The position numbers and the translations under genes are program-made. DNA of 64,000 bases, taken from Pecten maximus. Lineage: Eukaryota. Shown here one piece after another: positions 1-13,055 of the stretch (position 1 is the stretch's first letter; each line of letters opens with the position of its first letter). The stretch covers positions 21,948,001 through 22,012,000 of the forward strand of contig NC_047017.1 in assembly GCF_902652985.1 (NCBI RefSeq), written 5' to 3'. The notes under the pieces are model-generated. The model did not search any database. It saw nothing but the letters and a program-made list of their open reading frames with translations, and had not been told where the DNA came from.

Positions 1-1860
1 TACCAAAGGGGTACCTACCAAGGGGTACCTACCAAGGGGTACCTACCAAAGGGGTACCTACCAAAGGGGTACCTACCAAGGGGGTACCTAACAAAGGGGT
101 ACCTACCAAAGGGGTACCTACCAAAGGGGTACCTACCAAAGGGATACCTACCAAAGGGGTACCTACCAAAGGGATACCTACCAAAGGGGTACCTACCAAG
201 GGGTACCTACCAAGGGGTACCTACCAAGGGGTACCTACCAAAGGGGTACCTACCAAAGGGGTACCTACCAAGGGGGTACCTAACAAAGGGGTACCTACCA
301 AGGGGTACCTACCAAAGGGGTACCTACCAAAGGGGTACCTACCACCAAAGGGGTACCTACCAAAGGGGTACCTACCAAGGGGGTACCTACCAAAGGGGTA
401 CCAACTAAAGGGATACCTACCAAAGGGGTACCTACCAAAGGGGTACCTACCAAAGGGATACCTACCAAAGGGGTACCTACCAAGGGGTACCTACCAAAGG
501 GGTACCTACCAAAGTGTTTCCTACCAAGTGGTACCTATACCTACCAAAGGGATACCTACCAAAGGGGTATCTACCAAGTGGTACCTATACCTACCAAAGG
601 GGTACCTACCAAAGGGGTACCTACCAAGGGGTACCTACCAAAGGGGTACCTACCAAAGGGGTACCTACCAAAGTGTTACCTACCAAAGGGGTACCTACCA
701 AAGGGATACCTACCAAAGGGGTACCTACCAAAGGGGTACCTACCAAAGGGGTACCTACCAAAGTGTTTCCTACCAAGTGGTACCTATACCTACCAAAGGG
801 ATACCTACCAAAGGGGTATCTACCAAGTGGTACCTATACCTACCAAAGGGGTACCTACCAAGGGGTACCTACCAAAGGGGTACCTACCAAAGGGATACCT
901 ACCAAAGGGGTACCTACCAAGGGTACCTACCAAAGGGGTACCTACCAAAGGGGTATCTACCAAGTGGTACCTATACCTACCAAAGGGGTACCTACCAAAG
1001 GGGTACCTACCAAAGGGATACCTACCAAGGGGTACCTACCAAAGGGGTACCTACCAAAGGGATACCTACCAAGGGATACCTACCAAAAGGGTACCTACTA
1101 AAGGGATACCTAACAAAGGGATACCTACCAAAGGGATACCTACCAAAGGGGTACCTACCAAAGGGGTACCTACCAAGGGATACCTACCAAAAGGGTACCT
1201 ACTAAAGGGGTACCTACTAAAGGGGTACCTACCAAAATGATACATGCCAAAGGGGTACCTACCAAAGGGATACCTACTAAAGGGATACCTAACAAAGGGG
1301 TACCTACCAAGGGGTACCTACCAAAGGGGTACCTACCAAAATGATACATGCCAAAGGGGTACCTACCAAAGGGATACCTAACAAAGGGGTACCTACCAAG
1401 GGGTACCTACCAAAGGGGTACCTACCAAAATGATACATGCCAAAGGGGTACCTACCAAAGGGGTACCTACCAAAGGGGTACCTACCAAAGGGGTACCTAC
1501 CAAAGGGGTACCTACCAAAGGGATACCTACCAAAAAGGTACCAACAAAGGGGTACCTACCAAAGGGGTACCTACCAAAGGGGTACCTACCAAAGGGATAC
1601 CTACCAAGGGATACCTACCAAAGGGGTACCTACCAAAGGGGTACCTACCAAAGGGATACCTACCAAAGGGATACCTACCAAAGGGGTACCTACCAAAGGG
1701 GTACCTAACAAGGGGAACCTACCAAAGGGGTACCTACCAAGGGATACCTACCAAAGGGGTACCTACCAAAGGGATACCTACCAAGGGATACCTACCAAAG
1801 TGGTACCTACAAAAGGGATACCTATCCAAGGGGTACCTATCAAAGGGGTACCTACCAAAA
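1..1860. repeat. 15-bp minisatellite (ACCAAAGGGGTACCT)n with 14-bp variants; runs off the left edge
   Basis: Directly visible tandem array of over 100 units. Most units contain the palindrome GGTACC. It explains the KGYLP/GVPTK/RGTYQ ORFs. Confidence 0.98.
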
Positions 1861-3997
1861 GTGTTTTGATATGCGAACAAAAATGATTCCCGATAAATAT
1901 TTCGGTTGTGTGAGTTTCCCAGCAAGTCATGGGATATTATATTTGTAGAAGGCGTTACGTAACCAGAAACAATTGTAATGCAGCAAACCCTTTTATTCTA
2001 AGAACCCATCAAAAAACATCATTTCCGGAGTTCATTCCTTCCGTCAGTTTTTGCTTCCTTAATCGATGTTACTTTCACCTTTTCTTGTGATTTGATGATT
2101 ATAGATGGTTATATAAAACACATTCTTCACTTTAATGCTGTTCTTTACAATATTTTCAGCTCCACGTTTTTGTTTGCTTGTTTGTTTTCTACACGAATCC
2201 TAACTCAAACATAAAAACACTAGTTTGCTTGCTGAATCGTATCGCGCCACCATTTTGATAGAAGCATAGACGATATATGTTTTCAATACAAATTAACCTC
2301 ATTGACTGTTTTCATCCATGCTTATAATTACATGAATACAATATCTCCCTCAATGAAAATCCCACCCACCAAGTTTGACGTTTTCAATAATCTCAACAAG
2401 AGTAGATCTACTTTGAAAGGTTACGGTAGTTGTCAGAAATATTCCACATGCGTCGCCAATAACAGGACCTACCACCTGCAGTCAGTAAACGTGCAATCAA
2501 TCGTTTAAACTAAAGTCAATGACAAATTTATGAATGAAATCTCACCACAAATTGACAATACACACGCTAGAAACATGTAGTGCTGAAAATAGAGGTACTA
2601 ATCGTGAGCTTAGATGTTACGTGGACAAAAACGGGGCGAAGGTTCTACCCCTTAGGTTCTCAACGTTTTGTTTAGCCCAGTACAGGAGCGTTTGTGGACC
2701 AGACAGGCGCGATCAGTCCAAACACAGCAATGACCAAAGGTCCGACAACAAAAACATTATGTAAGGAAATACATCTTTATCGGAGATTGTGGTCTTCGAA
2801 TAAAACCGGACAATTTTCTTTCGCTATCGAAGCGAATCTGTTTGGCGACAGTAGTATTGGGCGCCTGGATTTACCCTGCCCGATATAGGACAAAGTTTGA
2901 CAATAACTATGTAAACTTTACAAGAGATATCGTTTTATCAAGCATTGTCTGGGATTCCCCTACCGCTGTGCGTAATACACCTTCCGGTGGGTGTTCAGTG
3001 TCGATCGTGAGTGGGTGGGGTTTGTTGCGAGACTGGCAGGGGCAGACTTACTCGATATCAATAGTACATAGTGTTACAGTGTACTTTAATTGGTTGGTTG
3101 AAGTATAAAGCGGTTTTGCTTATTAGCTCCAGCACCTAGACACACTGCCATTATACTACTGAAGAGTACTAGAGAAAAGATGATATCACGTCAAAAAAAT
3201 GACGTAAAGAACTTTTCATAGAATATCCATGGTAGCGTGATCTTGTATTTCGTGGGTTGATTCAAAAATCCTACATTTTTGGCGTCACTCATTGAGATTT
3301 AATTTGTTCAGTATTTGGAAGAATCAAACAACAAGTACGCGCAGTTTGTCAGAGTGATCATCGGTCACGATATTCTTCTGTTGCTTTGAGTTAATTAGAC
3401 AATTATTACGACTAAATATGTAGTTTGTATATTATTCAAAGTACATTGAATTACTCTACAGATGTTGCAGCAAAATGAGACTGACTACCCTCTCTTCAAT
3501 AAATTGTCCATTTAAATGAAAAGTGTGCACCAATTCGTCTATCCAGATAGCGAATGACAGCATGCCATTTTTTCACCCACAATTTTGTAACGGTCATAAT
3601 CAAAAATGTGAAATGCGTAACAGCCACACTTCTTCCAATTATATGGAAACCTTCCTTATCATACATATCGAATCAACTTTATCTTCTTACGTATTGTAAT
3701 TTTTTGATATTCTATTATTATATGATTACAATTTTATTGAAGGTTCGGTCTCCCATTGCCTCCTTTGTATACCATGTTTCCATATATATCGCCTGGTTTC
3801 CAGTTTGCCAGAGTTCTTTCCGTGTCATCTGGCCATAAAATCTTTACATTTTTCTTCAGTTTATACAACAAACTTGAAAAGCTTACAAATAAAGCATCAA
3901 ATAACTCGTCCCAGACCCAGATGACACCGCCTCAGATATTTCGATATATCATCTGATTTAAATATTGTCTGCAGTTTATATAGCAGTGTTCACTTAC

Positions 3998-4220
3998 GGA
4001 AGTGTCATTGTTGACTGTGCTGGTCTCGACTCGGACACCTGGTCAGCGACCGACTGTCTCCAAGCTCTCAAATCTACTGTACAGCCATGCACAGTAATCC
4101 GCCGTCGAGTGGTTGATGTTTGGTGGACACACAGACTGCGGTCAGTCCTATTGTGTCGGACAACAATGCCCGAGTGCCTACTAAGGATAATGATCATTGG
4201 GTCGAAAGGCTAATAAAATA
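3998..4220 (-). other. Candidate first exon (5'UTR plus ATG ACA CTT CC) of a second, leftward-transcribed gene
   Basis: A CpG-rich segment ends on the minus strand in TCAACA-ATG-ACA-CTT-CC|GTAAGT (ATG at 4008-4006, GT at 3997-3996). There is no homology support and the 5' boundary is approximate. Confidence 0.3.
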
Positions 4221-5525
4221 ACTCATAGTCACTCCGTTTGTCTACAATGTTTGTCTTTCAAATCAAATGAAGACGTTTATGAAGTGGCGTGTGATTAGCC
4301 CCACTATTGACTTAATGAAGAATGGCCGGCTTCATTATCAGCTTAACGTGAGTAGTGACTATACTATCCTGAAAAAAAATCTCAGTTTCCATATTTCGGA
4401 GTTAGGAACAAATAAACAATATGGACCGGAACGACAATTTTCAAACAGGAATATAAAAGAAGAGTGTGTTTCTAGATATTATTAAAGCTCTTTTCCAGTT
4501 TAATTTTCGAGGACAAGGCTTTACGATGTGATACAAATGATGACGAAGCTGATCAGGGGGTGACGTATGAGTGTGGAACCCAAGAGGTGTGACCGCATGA
4601 AACAGCAAAATTCCGACATGGCGTCTGACATAAGTCCGGTGAGGATGATTCTGATGTTGTTATTTATTAAAATAAACATAAGATATTTAAGATGATGTAT
4701 TTGTAATTACAACAATTTAATGTCGCAAGTACTGTCGCCGAATTAATATCATATTCACGAGGACTCTCAATTACCGTCGGAGGACAATTGTCCACCATAA
4801 AATATAAAAAAAACCCTTTAACATTAAAGTATTAGCTGTAAATAGACGAAGGGAATATCTAAAACGAAAGCGAAATGTACAGAAATAACAAGCAGATATA
4901 TCATACACTGATTATCTATTAAAAACAAAAAAGAAAACCTTTCACGTTGTTCAACAATTTGCAATTGGTTTAGCAGAAGAACATGCTCTGATGATACGAG
5001 TTTTCTGTACTAGAAAACTGACAAAAAACAACAACAAACTCAAGACTTACCTTGATTTTCCGTTCATGGCCAACATAGACAGCTATCTAGTACGCATTAG
5101 GACAAGCTTGTTGTTGTTGTTGTTCTTTTTCTTGTTCTTGTTCTTGCTCTTGATATATATATATCATATTTGGTGTGTATGTGGAGAATGGATAAAAAGG
5201 AAGGAAAACGCGTAACTTTCAATGTCCTTATACCATCCCTAATGTGTGTAGCTTAGCCTGGTATATGTACTTTATCATCTGAACTTTCATTAGCTATCCA
5301 AAATTTCATAACAAGCGGGTTATATATTTTGAGTATTCAGCCTAGATAATACTTATGTGTTTATGGTATCACGTGTCGTCAATTTTTCATTCCAGATACT
5401 CTTACCCTTCAACAGTCATGCCATCTGCTTTAAAAATAAAGAGAAATAGTGATTCCATGATCACTTTGAATAAATATGAATAATTAGATTTTAAAGTACA
5501 CCTTCCAAGAAACACACGAGCACGA

Positions 5526-5912
5526 TACACAACATTGAAGGCAGGTTAAATACACACAACATTGAAGGCGGACTAAAGACACACAACATTGAAGGCCGGC
5601 TAAAGACACATAACATTGAAGGCGGGTTTAAGACACACAACATTGAAGGCAGACTAAAGATACACAAAATTGAAGGCCGGCTAAAGACACATTACATTGA
5701 AGGCGGGCTTAAGACACACAACATTGAAGGCCGGCTAAAGACACACAACATTGAAGGCGGGCTTAAGACACTCATCATTGAAGGGCGGACTAAAGACACA
5801 CAACATTGAAGGCGGGCTTAAGATATGCAACATTGAAAGCCGGCTTAAGACACAACATTGAAGACGGGGTAAAGACACACAACCTTGAAGGCATACTAAA
5901 GACATACAACAT
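5526..5912. repeat. 27-bp minisatellite (ACACAACATTGAAGGCGGACTAAAGAC)n, about 14 copies
   Basis: AACATTGAAG recurs at 5531, 5558 and onward with a 27-bp period. Confidence 0.95.
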
Positions 5913-8649
5913 TCTTTTCGGTTTGCATTCTTTTACAAAATGTTCAGGATTGTATGTCGAATAAATCAACCCAAAAAGATACTAAAACAAGAATATTATA
6001 CTTTTGAATAATGATGTCAATTGCTGCCACAGTCGTTCAAGAAAGAAACACACATTTTCGGTATTGAAATCTATGTATTGTTGTCTGATAAAAAGTGTTT
6101 ACACTGGTTATTTTAATGAAGAGAATTATCAATAGCATTCACATAATAGGTGACTTATGTTGGGTTATCATACTAAGTATCATAACTATGTGGCTACATT
6201 ACCACATCATGATGCCTTCCGTTTTGTTTTGGAGTATGCTTACAGTCTCTCCCTGTAGCCTCCTGTGTTGGATGTGAGAAAGGATCGTCTATATATTTAA
6301 CGTTTTTATGAACATCAGTAACTCCAGTATACACAGCGATCAAAGTGTGCTGAAGAGTTCCAACATGTTTAATTTTACAGTGTAAGTAAATATGTTTAAA
6401 GCACTTCAAGGAACACTTTCAAAACAATTATTTTCACATTAATATTTTCCTTATTTCAAACAGTTTGCAATTCATAATTTAGTTATCTTCATCTTTACAT
6501 CAAGACTTTACAAGAATGTAATTAAGTGATAAGTAAGGTATGATGCTAGGAAGCTCGTGACAGCTGAGAAGCGTCGTTAGATTTGATATACAATAACTGT
6601 TTTCTCTATCAATAACGCCAACCTGTACATGTGCATAACGTACTTGTTGATGGATGTGTGGATCCACATGGAGATCACATCTCACCAATAACTCACGCAC
6701 CTGTACGCTTTTTCCAAGTGAGCTATGTTTTTTTCTGAACTTCTAGCATTTCATATTAAATTAAATTTGCACTTGGACGAAAAGACCATATGTGTTGTAA
6801 GTTAAAACCATTTCAGCAGTATACTAATGAGTTGTATCATGTCTGGTCGATTCTCCTTCTGTATATTTTGGCTTTCTCGAAATATCACACAAACTATTAT
6901 AGTGAGAATATATTGGTATACATACCGAATCCTATTAGATGTTCAGGCTCTGGTCGCTAAAGAAACGCTAGAACGATTGCAATACAAACATCTCGGGATC
7001 AAACAATGTGAAATCTACAAAATTAAACCGGAAAAATGTAATATGTAATATTACCCACGAAATGATATACATTCAAGGTGTGCTAATCTGACTCGGGGCT
7101 AGTCTGCGTCGTAATTATACCTGGCCAGACTAATTATCATTCTATATTCGCCTGGTCATGGCCAGGTGTTTGTACCGACAGTTACAGGAAGGTGCACACC
7201 AACAGGTGTTAAGTAGCTGCATGCTTTCAGAGCTTCAACCAACGCCTTCCATGTGAATGTTTGGAAGGAAATATACTGTTCATTCATAAACAAGTTCAAA
7301 TTGGTTTATTGCTAGTTATTTATAAACTATTCACGTTATAATTTTCGGATATACTCTGTGAAGTATGACCGTTATTTACTTACATACTAATATACTATAG
7401 CGGCGTACAGATGCTTAAGACCATATTGTCATCATTAAGACAGATCGTTTATTGCTAAGATTGTACTTTAAGTTAAAAATGCTATTGGCTGTTTTTTGTT
7501 TGAAATTTATCATATTTTACAAAAGTTTTATATCCTTTGTTTTTCTGAAGACAATCATTGGGCATACATCACGTTGGGTTGCTGTTATTGTTAAACGGTC
7601 TTTCAACACTGCTTGGAAACTGGCAATTCAAGGACAAGTTCAAGCGTCATTTTGCCGAAATGTCATTCCGTAGTCACAATGAAATGGCTTCTACTCCTGT
7701 AGCCATTTTTCTGGCGTCGGAAGGAGCCCAGAATATAGAACACCTTCACCTAGATGTGGGAAAACAGTTCTTAAAAAAATATAAGTTGCTTAATCTATTT
7801 GTATGCGCTGACGACATATATCTTATATAAGAGGAAAAAAAAATCATAGTCTAAAGATAGCAAAAATTTGTCGGCGTAGTGTACTGAAAAAAGTGGTGTA
7901 TTTCGTTATATTAGTCAAATGATTACATGCAGCATTTTTGACCGAGATTATTAAATATGATTTAAAGTATTATCTGAACCTAAACTCCAGAAATGCCTGT
8001 CATAGTGGTAATCTATGTATAGACTTTACTGATTATGTTAATAGAAAGGGGATAATTGTAAATAATACAACCACAGCACATCAATAAGCAAAACAGCATT
8101 GGCACACAGGTGCTTAATTACATAAAACATATAACATGCGCGTATACAACCCAATCTTTCATTTCAAAGATAATATTTAAAATCTGTAATTAACATAACA
8201 CAGACACCAATATTAACAATTAAGATGAATGATGGGATCGTAATGCCTCACAAATAACTCACATCAATGATACAGGAAAACAATCGTGTACATAGCGTGA
8301 TTGCCGCCCTCGACCTGGGACAGGTGTTGTATTTGTCATAATTGTGTTTGTTTTATATAACATGTATGAAATGAATAGTTAATGAAATTGTAAGTAATAA
8401 ATGTTCATCTCGTGTTCGACGAGATTCCCCATTTTATGATACTTATAACGTACGAGATAGTAATATGACAAACTTAATTTTCAATAAACATATATTTGTC
8501 AGATATTTCCTTATTATTAATATATAACAAAACACTACTTTTTTATTCCCAGTTAATCAAAAATAAACCAACAATGTGAAAATAAAATATTTAATACTTT
8601 AAATGTCCAAAACGATAACGTTATCAAAACAAAATTGTTTTGATCGCCC

Positions 8650-8842
8650 AGACCACAATTCCATCTATATTCCTTATATATTTAGTTTATGAAATTCTTA
8701 TCTTTAAATTTTCCATAGGACAACATTTAAGTTTGAAGGAAAGATCCTTAACTAGCATTTTCCCTTAAATCCAACAATGCTTTCATATGGATTTTTTAAG
8801 TTAAGGAGTCAAGTTTGGGAATGTTGATGATATCGGGGTCTG
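8650..8842. mobile_element. Possible old MITE relic
   Basis: CAGACCACAATTCCATC at the left matches the reverse complement of GATGATATCGGGGTCTG at the right at 13/17 positions, around an AT-rich interior. Confidence 0.35.
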
Positions 8843-10619
8843 ATTTAAGGGGGAAGTTTAATGTGGAACATATACCTGTACAAAGCTGTATAGTAGAGTA
8901 ATAACGGTGTTTAACTGGTAGGTAAGGCTATAGTTGATAAAGATCTTTCTACATTAAATACAGGTTTCTCATCAAAGGGCCAAGTGATTCACATTGGAAA
9001 TGCCATTTCATTGGAAATGAACGGCTCAGAACACATATATCATATCTACGAACGGAGATAATTTAGAAAAAAAATGTCATTCATTTATGAGAGTGATTCA
9101 GATAAAAAGATATATATCATTGTAAAAAGACAGGCCAACACTTATACACGGCACACGTCGCTTGGTGAGGACCGCACATACTAGTAGAAGCCATGTCAAC
9201 AAATTATAAACGTCATACAGTACCATAGCATTTAACTGAACATGTAAAATATCTCGCAGGTATTTGTGAAAATAAAATGTAGATTATATCCCAGAACACC
9301 AAATACATAGTTCATCACAATATCCGAATTACACAATCCACTGGATGGGGATATTTTCTATTTCTAATGAAATTGAGATCGTTTAAATGTTGTTTGCTAA
9401 CGCTGTCTTCTACGTATTGAGTGGATCATTATAGTGTTGTAATATAGTGGCACACTTCACGGCAAAACTTGATATGGTATTGACAATATATTTTATCAAA
9501 CATTAATCTGCTCGTGAAATATACTGTCATACACCGCTAATGCATAATATCACATACATAATGGACGTAATGAATATTATTTTTGTCTAAAATTCTATTT
9601 TTGAATAATTAAAATATTTGTTAACGTTATCAGACATTATAAAGGGTAGGGTACGGGATACGGACAATGGCAGGTGACCACTGACCGATCTGTATCAGGC
9701 CTATACCTGACGGAGTTGATCACCGGCGGAAATCAGGTATGTCTTTTGAATGACATGTGTCGGTGTATACCTAATTCAGCACACTAATTAATAGTACATA
9801 GCCTGGTGTCAAATCTATGTCTTATACATTATCAACATAAATCTCATTAAAATCAACCAATATAATCTCATATTAGAAGCATGATTAAACACTATCTGCG
9901 ATATAATGAAGTTTAGGAGAAAATTATTGTTCTTGAATACTAAATCTGTTATAATTTTTATGAGGATAGCTTTACTAGAAGACAAATATTAATATTTTAC
10001 AACAGGTGTGGCGATATTGCATTGTTTCTCTCTTGGAATTGCGCACATTTCCGCTGAGTGTGGTCGAATCCTCTCTGCCACAATTTCCTGATGGATGATG
10101 TCACACCTAAGCACCCAAGAGAGGATATTACGCATGTATGCACGTGCATTGCCTCTCTTAGGACCTCCCAAAATCAGGTGTTGACCTCATGAATGAAAAA
10201 GGTATACGTCATTAACAAATCACCGAGCTTGTCGAATATTAATGAACTATATGGGAAAATGAAAACCACTTTCTTTCGTATTCATATTCTATGTCTGTAT
10301 TGACTTGAAATCATTTGTACTTAAGATTTGCTATGTAACGGTCTATCATAAAAACATCACTATTAAATATTCATCATTTTGTGCTAACGTATATTAGGGG
10401 TTTATAAAACAATCGCATCCATGTGAAATTTTGCATTAAAACAACAGATAATGGCTGTTATTTCATTCAATATATTGTAAAAAAGGCCTTTGATTACGGC
10501 AATAACGTGACATAATTTCCGTATTTGATAATCTAGTGTTACCTTCCTTCCTTTGATATGACAAGACACAACGCTAGGCTGTACTTCCAACCATTTTCTC
10601 GGTAGCTCATCCGTTCTCG

Positions 10620-11095
10620 TAATATTTTAGCATTGACTTATCCTCGAATGTTGAACCCTTGGTATATCAAATGATTTTTGTTCTTGTATGTTGACGCCTT
10701 GATGTATTTTATCCTTGTACATGTATGTTGACGTCTTAGAATATTTTATCCTTGAATGTTGACGTCTTGGTATATTTTATCCTTGAATATTGACGCCTTG
10801 GTATACTAAATAATTCTTATCATTGAATGTTGACGCCTTTGTATAGTTTGTCCTTGAATGTTGACGCCTTTGTACATTTTATCCTTGTATGTTGACGCCT
10901 TTGCATATTTTGTCCTTGTATGTTGATGCCTTTGCATATTTTATCCTTGTGTGTTGACGCCTTTGTATATTTTATCCTTGTGTGTTGACGCCATGGTATA
11001 TTTTATCCTTGTATGTTGACGTATTTGTATATTTTATCCTTGAATTTTGATGCCTTTGTATATTTTACCCTTGTATATTGACGTCATGGTGTATT
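10620..11095. repeat. 31-bp minisatellite (ATGTTGACGCCTTTGTATATTTTATCCTTGT)n, about 15 diverged copies
   Basis: TTGACG or TTGATG at 10861, 10892, 10923 and onward, giving a 31-bp period. Confidence 0.93.
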
Positions 11096-12934
11096 TAGTT
11101 TTTCTCTGTTTATTACGTGTTATATTTCTGGGTTAACGCTTTGGTGTATTTTGTCATTATGTTATATGCCTAATGCGCATCCTTGAATCAAGAATGCCTA
11201 CGGAAAGAGAGGAAGACAAAAATGTTTCGTATGTGGAACAGTTAAACAGGTGAATCAATGTATTTATTACCTGTACTCTAAACAATGATACAAAGTATGT
11301 GGAAAACAATACAAAATCATGTTTACGCCTCTTCGTCATGATAGTGCAAAATGAGTTTCCCTGAAGCAGGTCATAAACGACGAGACTGAAATAACTGTCA
11401 GCTATATCCTGTACTAGATTTGATGGTATTGACATTCATTGGATTACCCTCAGTCCCCACGTAAACATGCGATGTGTTGTTTTATGGAGATAGGTGATGG
11501 ACACTGACCACAACATCAGGGACCCGACACCACCCTCCAAAGTGTAGGCGGATACATCCTTATTGTTACTGACCGAGGGTCAACAGGGCTTGTTGTATAA
11601 ACAGTTATCGTTGTCCGACGGTCACCAACGCATATATGAATTATCAGATGTGCCATAGATCGAGAATCGTCACGTCTTGCTGACCATATAAGTCTTCCTA
11701 ACAGTCTAAAGTGGAAATGTAAATGTACCTATGTCCTTTTCTGACCAAGGATCAACCCTTGAGAACACGTATACGAGTCTAACCTGCCTTTTTCAGTCAC
11801 ATACAGCCTAAGTGGCATCAGATCTGCGCTCGGTCACTGGTCATATCATGGACTTACGAAAAGTCGCTGACGCATATCAATGAAGGAAGAAACAAACCCG
11901 AGTTAAGACTGTCGCCCATTGATGTAAACGGATGGTATCAAACTCATAGTAATACTACAAGCTTTAAATAGGTACAGTACTGTATATCACATGGTCACGT
12001 GACCATAAGTCAATGTATTTGGTGCTGCTATAGAAAATACAATAAGGGTCCATTTTCATTACTGAATTATCGCTTCCTGTTCATATTAATTGTTATTGTT
12101 TACAATATCATATATTATTTCACACAGTGGGATAAACACGAAAAACATTTTCTACAAGTAATTTACTGGTATTAGTTAGAATACGTTTCGCCATTTTTGC
12201 AAAACAAATACACTTTGTGTTAGTCATATCTGAGTGAGGCAAGATGAAATTTCCACTTGAGTATTACATATAATTCAAAGGGAATATTGAATACAATTCC
12301 AACAACAAAGGTCTTTGGAATTTCCTACTAAGTATGCACAGGTGGATTGAATGGTAAATAATTTCATGTCAAGTGTATAGTAAATGTACTGTTAACCATA
12401 TGGTTTAAATCAATTAAGGATCGCAATATTCTTTGGGAACCTACGTGTGATTATAAATACCTTTTGATGAACATTTACTGCCATAGGAAAGACTTTCACC
12501 TTTACTTATCAAAAGCAAAACTATTTTCTTTCAAACTTTCAGCAGCTCTGGTAACGTCAATAAATGCATATTGGGTCTAGATAATATTGCAAATACATAA
12601 TAGACTCAGCCTTTCTGTTCAATAGTCGAATTGATAGTTTTGTTGGAAATAATACTTTAAATTACATATATGATATTTTTGCTCATGTCTATCAGTTCGA
12701 GTGACTAAATATGTTGTAAAATCCCAATTTAATAACTCGAAGTTAAAAAGGATTCGAACAAGCAGTGGCCAGTATAGCAATCCATTAATACGACATGTAA
12801 TACAGTTGTTTGATTCGGGTTCAACATCCTTACAACAGTCATGTTGAACGCAAGGGTGAAAAAGAAGTAAAATTCCCTTTAAACAGGGTCGCCTTCTTTA
12901 AGTCGCCTCTTAAGATCGCAATTCGGTCACCACT

Positions 12935-13055
12935 TGTCGTCGCCCATTACGACCGCCGTTAGGGCCCCAGTTTTAGTCGCCTATTACGACGCCGTTCGGG
13001 CTCCATTTTTAGACGCCTATGACGACCGCTTTTCAGGCCCCAATTTTAGTCGCAT
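12935..13055. repeat. Short CpG-rich tandem repeat, about 37 bp x3 (GTCGCCTATTACGACCGCCGTTAGGGCCCCAGTTTTA-like)
   Basis: Three diverged units, each with GTCG..CGAC inverted halves, preceded by shorter GTCGCCT repeats from about 12887. Confidence 0.7.

Noticed and set aside
514-1886. Long ORFs KGYLP/GVPTK/RGTYQ
   Set aside because: These translate a 15-bp minisatellite that is open in several frames at once. There is no unique sequence or splice context.
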